In this document: positions 62,184-64,000 of the stretch, piece by piece
How positions within the stretch are numbered: the stretch's first letter is position 1
How the letters are laid out: each line of letters begins with the position of its first letter
Assembly (NCBI GenBank): GCA_022840825.1
Contig: JALHDB010000001.1
Location: 362,737 to 426,736, forward strand
Direction: 5' to 3'
Length of the DNA stretch: 64,000 bases
DNA from: Negativicutes bacterium
GTDB taxonomy: Bacteria > Bacillota > Negativicutes > JALHDB01
The notes under the pieces: model-generated
What the model saw: the letters and a program-made list of their open reading frames with translations, nothing else
Told to the model about the DNA's origin: nothing
The model's database searches: none
Program-made: the position numbers and the translations under genes

Positions 62184-63053
62184 ATGGATCATTTAATAAA
62201 AGGTACTATTCCAGGTATCAGGGCATTTGCAGCTGTTACAACCAAATTAACTGAGCAAGCACGCCGCCGGCATGATTGTTCGCCGGTTTGTACGGCGGCG
62301 TTAGGCCGGACAATGACGGCGGCAACGCTGTTAGCTGCCAATCTAAAAACGGACGAGAGTATCACAATAAGAATCAGCGGTGATGGTCCTAGCGGTGAAA
62401 TTGTAGCCGATGCCGAAGCGGGAACAGTTCGGGGCTACGTTGCCAATCCATACGTTGAATTACCTATTGAAAACAACAAGTTACCGGTTGGTAAAGCAGT
62501 GGGCAACGGAATGATCCATGTTACTCGTTTTACCGGATTGAAACATCCATTTACCGGCAGCGCGGCATTAATATCGGGAGAAATTGCCGAAGACCTCACT
62601 AATTATTTGTTTGTATCTGAACAAACACCATCCAGTGTTGCTTTAGGTGTTTTGGTCAATCCTAATTTATCAGTGGCAGCCGCCGGAGGTTTTTTGGTAC
62701 AGCCACTGCCTGGTTTTGATGATAACAGAGTAATTGCAAAATTGGAGAAGAATCTAAGCAGTTTATTACCTGTTTCAACACTAATACAGCAAGGGGCAGA
62801 GGCGGAAGACTTATTAAAATATATTTTTTCCGGATTGGATTTAAAGATATTGGACCGTATGCCGCTTCAGTTCAGATGCCGCTGTTCACGGCAAAGAGTA
62901 GAGAACATGTTAATTAGTCTAGGGAGAGAAGAATTAACAGATATGATTGAAAAAGGAACTGCAGAAGTTATTTGTCATTTCTGCCGAGAAAATTATCAGT
63001 TTACTAAAGATGATCTAACATCTATTTATAATAGATTATTACAGCAGGAATAA
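62184..63053 (+). CDS. hslO: Redox-regulated chaperone Hsp33 (HslO)
   Basis: N-terminal Hsp33 domain and a C-terminal zinc centre CRCS...CHFC. RBS ggaggt. Confidence 0.85.
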   Translation: MDHLIKGTIPGIRAFAAVTTKLTEQARRRHDCSPVCTAALGRTMTAATLLAANLKTDESITIRISGDGPSGEIVADAEAGTVRGYVANPYVELPIENNKLPVGKAVGNGMIHVTRFTGLKHPFTGSAALISGEIAEDLTNYLFVSEQTPSSVALGVLVNPNLSVAAAGGFLVQPLPGFDDNRVIAKLEKNLSSLLPVSTLIQQGAEAEDLLKYIFSGLDLKILDRMPLQFRCRCSRQRVENMLISLGREELTDMIEKGTAEVICHFCRENYQFTKDDLTSIYNRLLQQE

Positions 63054-63087
63054 AAATAAAGGACTTGATTTCAAGTCCTTTATTTTT
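63052..63087. terminator. Bidirectional terminator between hslO (+) and rpmB (-)
   Basis: 11-bp stem aaaggacttga/tcaagtccttt, flanked by A and T runs. Confidence 0.85.
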
Positions 63088-63277
63088 ATACTGCACGATT
63101 AATTTTTCCGGAGCGAAGGCAGCGGGTGCATACATTAATTCGCTTTATGTCACCGTTTACTACTGCTCGTACACGTTGAATATTTGGTTTCCATGAACGT
63201 TTAGTTTTTAAATGAGAGTGACTTACATTGAATCCGCTGGTTTCACCTTTACCGCAAATTTCACAAAAATTGGCCAT
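63086..63277 (-). CDS. rpmB: 50S ribosomal protein L28 RpmB
   Basis: MANFCEICGK...NVSHS...KRSWKPN. RBS aaaggaggtgga. A putative promoter ttgcac-18-tagaat lies at about 63333-63360 on the minus strand. Confidence 0.9.
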   Translation of the reverse strand: MANFCEICGKGETSGFNVSHSHLKTKRSWKPNIQRVRAVVNGDIKRINVCTRCLRSGKINRAV

Positions 63278-63482
63278 ATATTCCACCTCCTTTTAAACGA
63301 AGGAACAAATTATTACTACATAACATGACTATTCTAGCATAATTAGGCACTGCTGTGCAAGTAGCGTAAAACAATTAAGTGATATTTTTGCATAAATCAT
63401 TTTTTCGGCCAGTTTTATATAAGAAGGATTTTTATTTCATCTATGGAAGGAATAAGATATTAACTATAATTCGGGGTGAACA

Positions 63483-64000
63483 ATGGCGGATTGGTGGCAA
63501 TTATCGGTTGGAACATTAAAGGGGGTCGGACCGGCAAAGTCCAGACAATTAAGTAAGCTGAATATTTTTACTGTCGGCGATGTTATAAACATGGTTCCTG
63601 TTAGTGATAAATATCAAGACAGGCGAAATTTCAAAAAAATTGAACAGCTGCAAGATTCTTGTTTGGAGTTATTTTCGGCAACGGTAGTAAGTTCAAGTGA
63701 CCTTCGAACAAAAAATCGACTAACTTTATCCAAATTACTCGTGCAGGACGACACCGGACAGGCCGAAATCGTTTGGTTTAATCAAAAATATCGGGCAAGA
63801 CAATATAAAGTCGGAATGAAAGTAGTCATTGCGGGTAAGGTTAAACGTCAGTATAATATGATTCAAATTCACAATGCCCAAGTAGACAGTGTAAACAATG
63901 ACGGACCTAAGTTTTATGGCTGTATTGTGCCGGTTTACCCGGCAACGGAAAGTATTAGTCAAGACTTTTTGCGTAATTTAGTAAAACAAGCATTAGATGG
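63483..64000 (+). CDS. recG: ATP-dependent DNA helicase RecG, 5' partial (runs off the window)
   Basis: N-terminus L..LKGVGPAKSRQLSKLNIFTV.D...P resembles the RecG wedge-domain leader. RBS ggggtga. No stop codon within the window. Confidence 0.65.
   Translation, partial: MADWWQLSVGTLKGVGPAKSRQLSKLNIFTVGDVINMVPVSDKYQDRRNFKKIEQLQDSCLELFSATVVSSSDLRTKNRLTLSKLLVQDDTGQAEIVWFNQKYRARQYKVGMKVVIAGKVKRQYNMIQIHNAQVDSVNNDGPKFYGCIVPVYPATESISQDFLRNLVKQALD

Noticed and set aside
63735-63962. 75-aa minus-strand ORF near the window end.
   Set aside because: It lies antisense within the 5' part of recG, which has a good RBS and a conserved N-terminus.

Overview
This window reads as a conserved chromosomal region from an endospore-forming Firmicute with about 40% GC; the gene content suggests Clostridia or Negativicutes. 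Most genes are on the + strand and tightly packed, and start-stop overlaps suggest translational coupling. The gene order is largely collinear with the Bacillus subtilis ftsA-to-pyrR and yloA-to-recG regions (about 1.59-1.66 Mb there). In order: sbp-ftsA-ftsZ, spoIIGA-sigE-sigG-spoIIR-ylmC, an inserted nrdR-nrdD-nrdG operon, pgeF(ylmD)-ylmE-sepF-proC-ylmH-divIVA, a T-box followed by ileS, ylyA-like, lspA-rluD-pyrR, rqcH(yloA) divergent from a Ca2+ P-type ATPase (yloB), dapF, yloC-remA-gmk-rpoZ-coaBC, a SAM-I riboswitch with metK, priA-def-fmt, a DUF116 gene, rsmB, a decayed M19 dipeptidase pseudogene, rlmN, an FHA-FHA-PP2C-SEDS-PBP-PASTA kinase operon, rsgA-rpe, an FMN riboswitch with ribD-E-BA-H, hslO, rpmB (-) and the 5' part of recG. 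Lineage-specific insertions break this backbone. One is an accessory islet with a lone oadB-like Na+-decarboxylase beta subunit, an HD protein, an HD-GYP protein, a USP gene and a large radical SAM gene. Another is a minus-strand operon of ilvD plus a BASS transporter behind a T-box, then fabK and an uncharacterised exported protein. I found no mobile elements, no CRISPR array and no obvious defence or toxin-antitoxin system. The most novel-looking items are a 44-codon antisense small ORF with a strong Shine-Dalgarno inside the sporulation cluster, the ilvD-BASS operon behind a T-box, the lone oadB, the actinobacterial-style kinase/phosphatase/FHA/SEDS/PBP operon, and a decaying dipeptidase gene wedged into the rsmB-rlmN operon. 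Every family assignment rests on motifs I recognised by eye in the translations; no database search was run.
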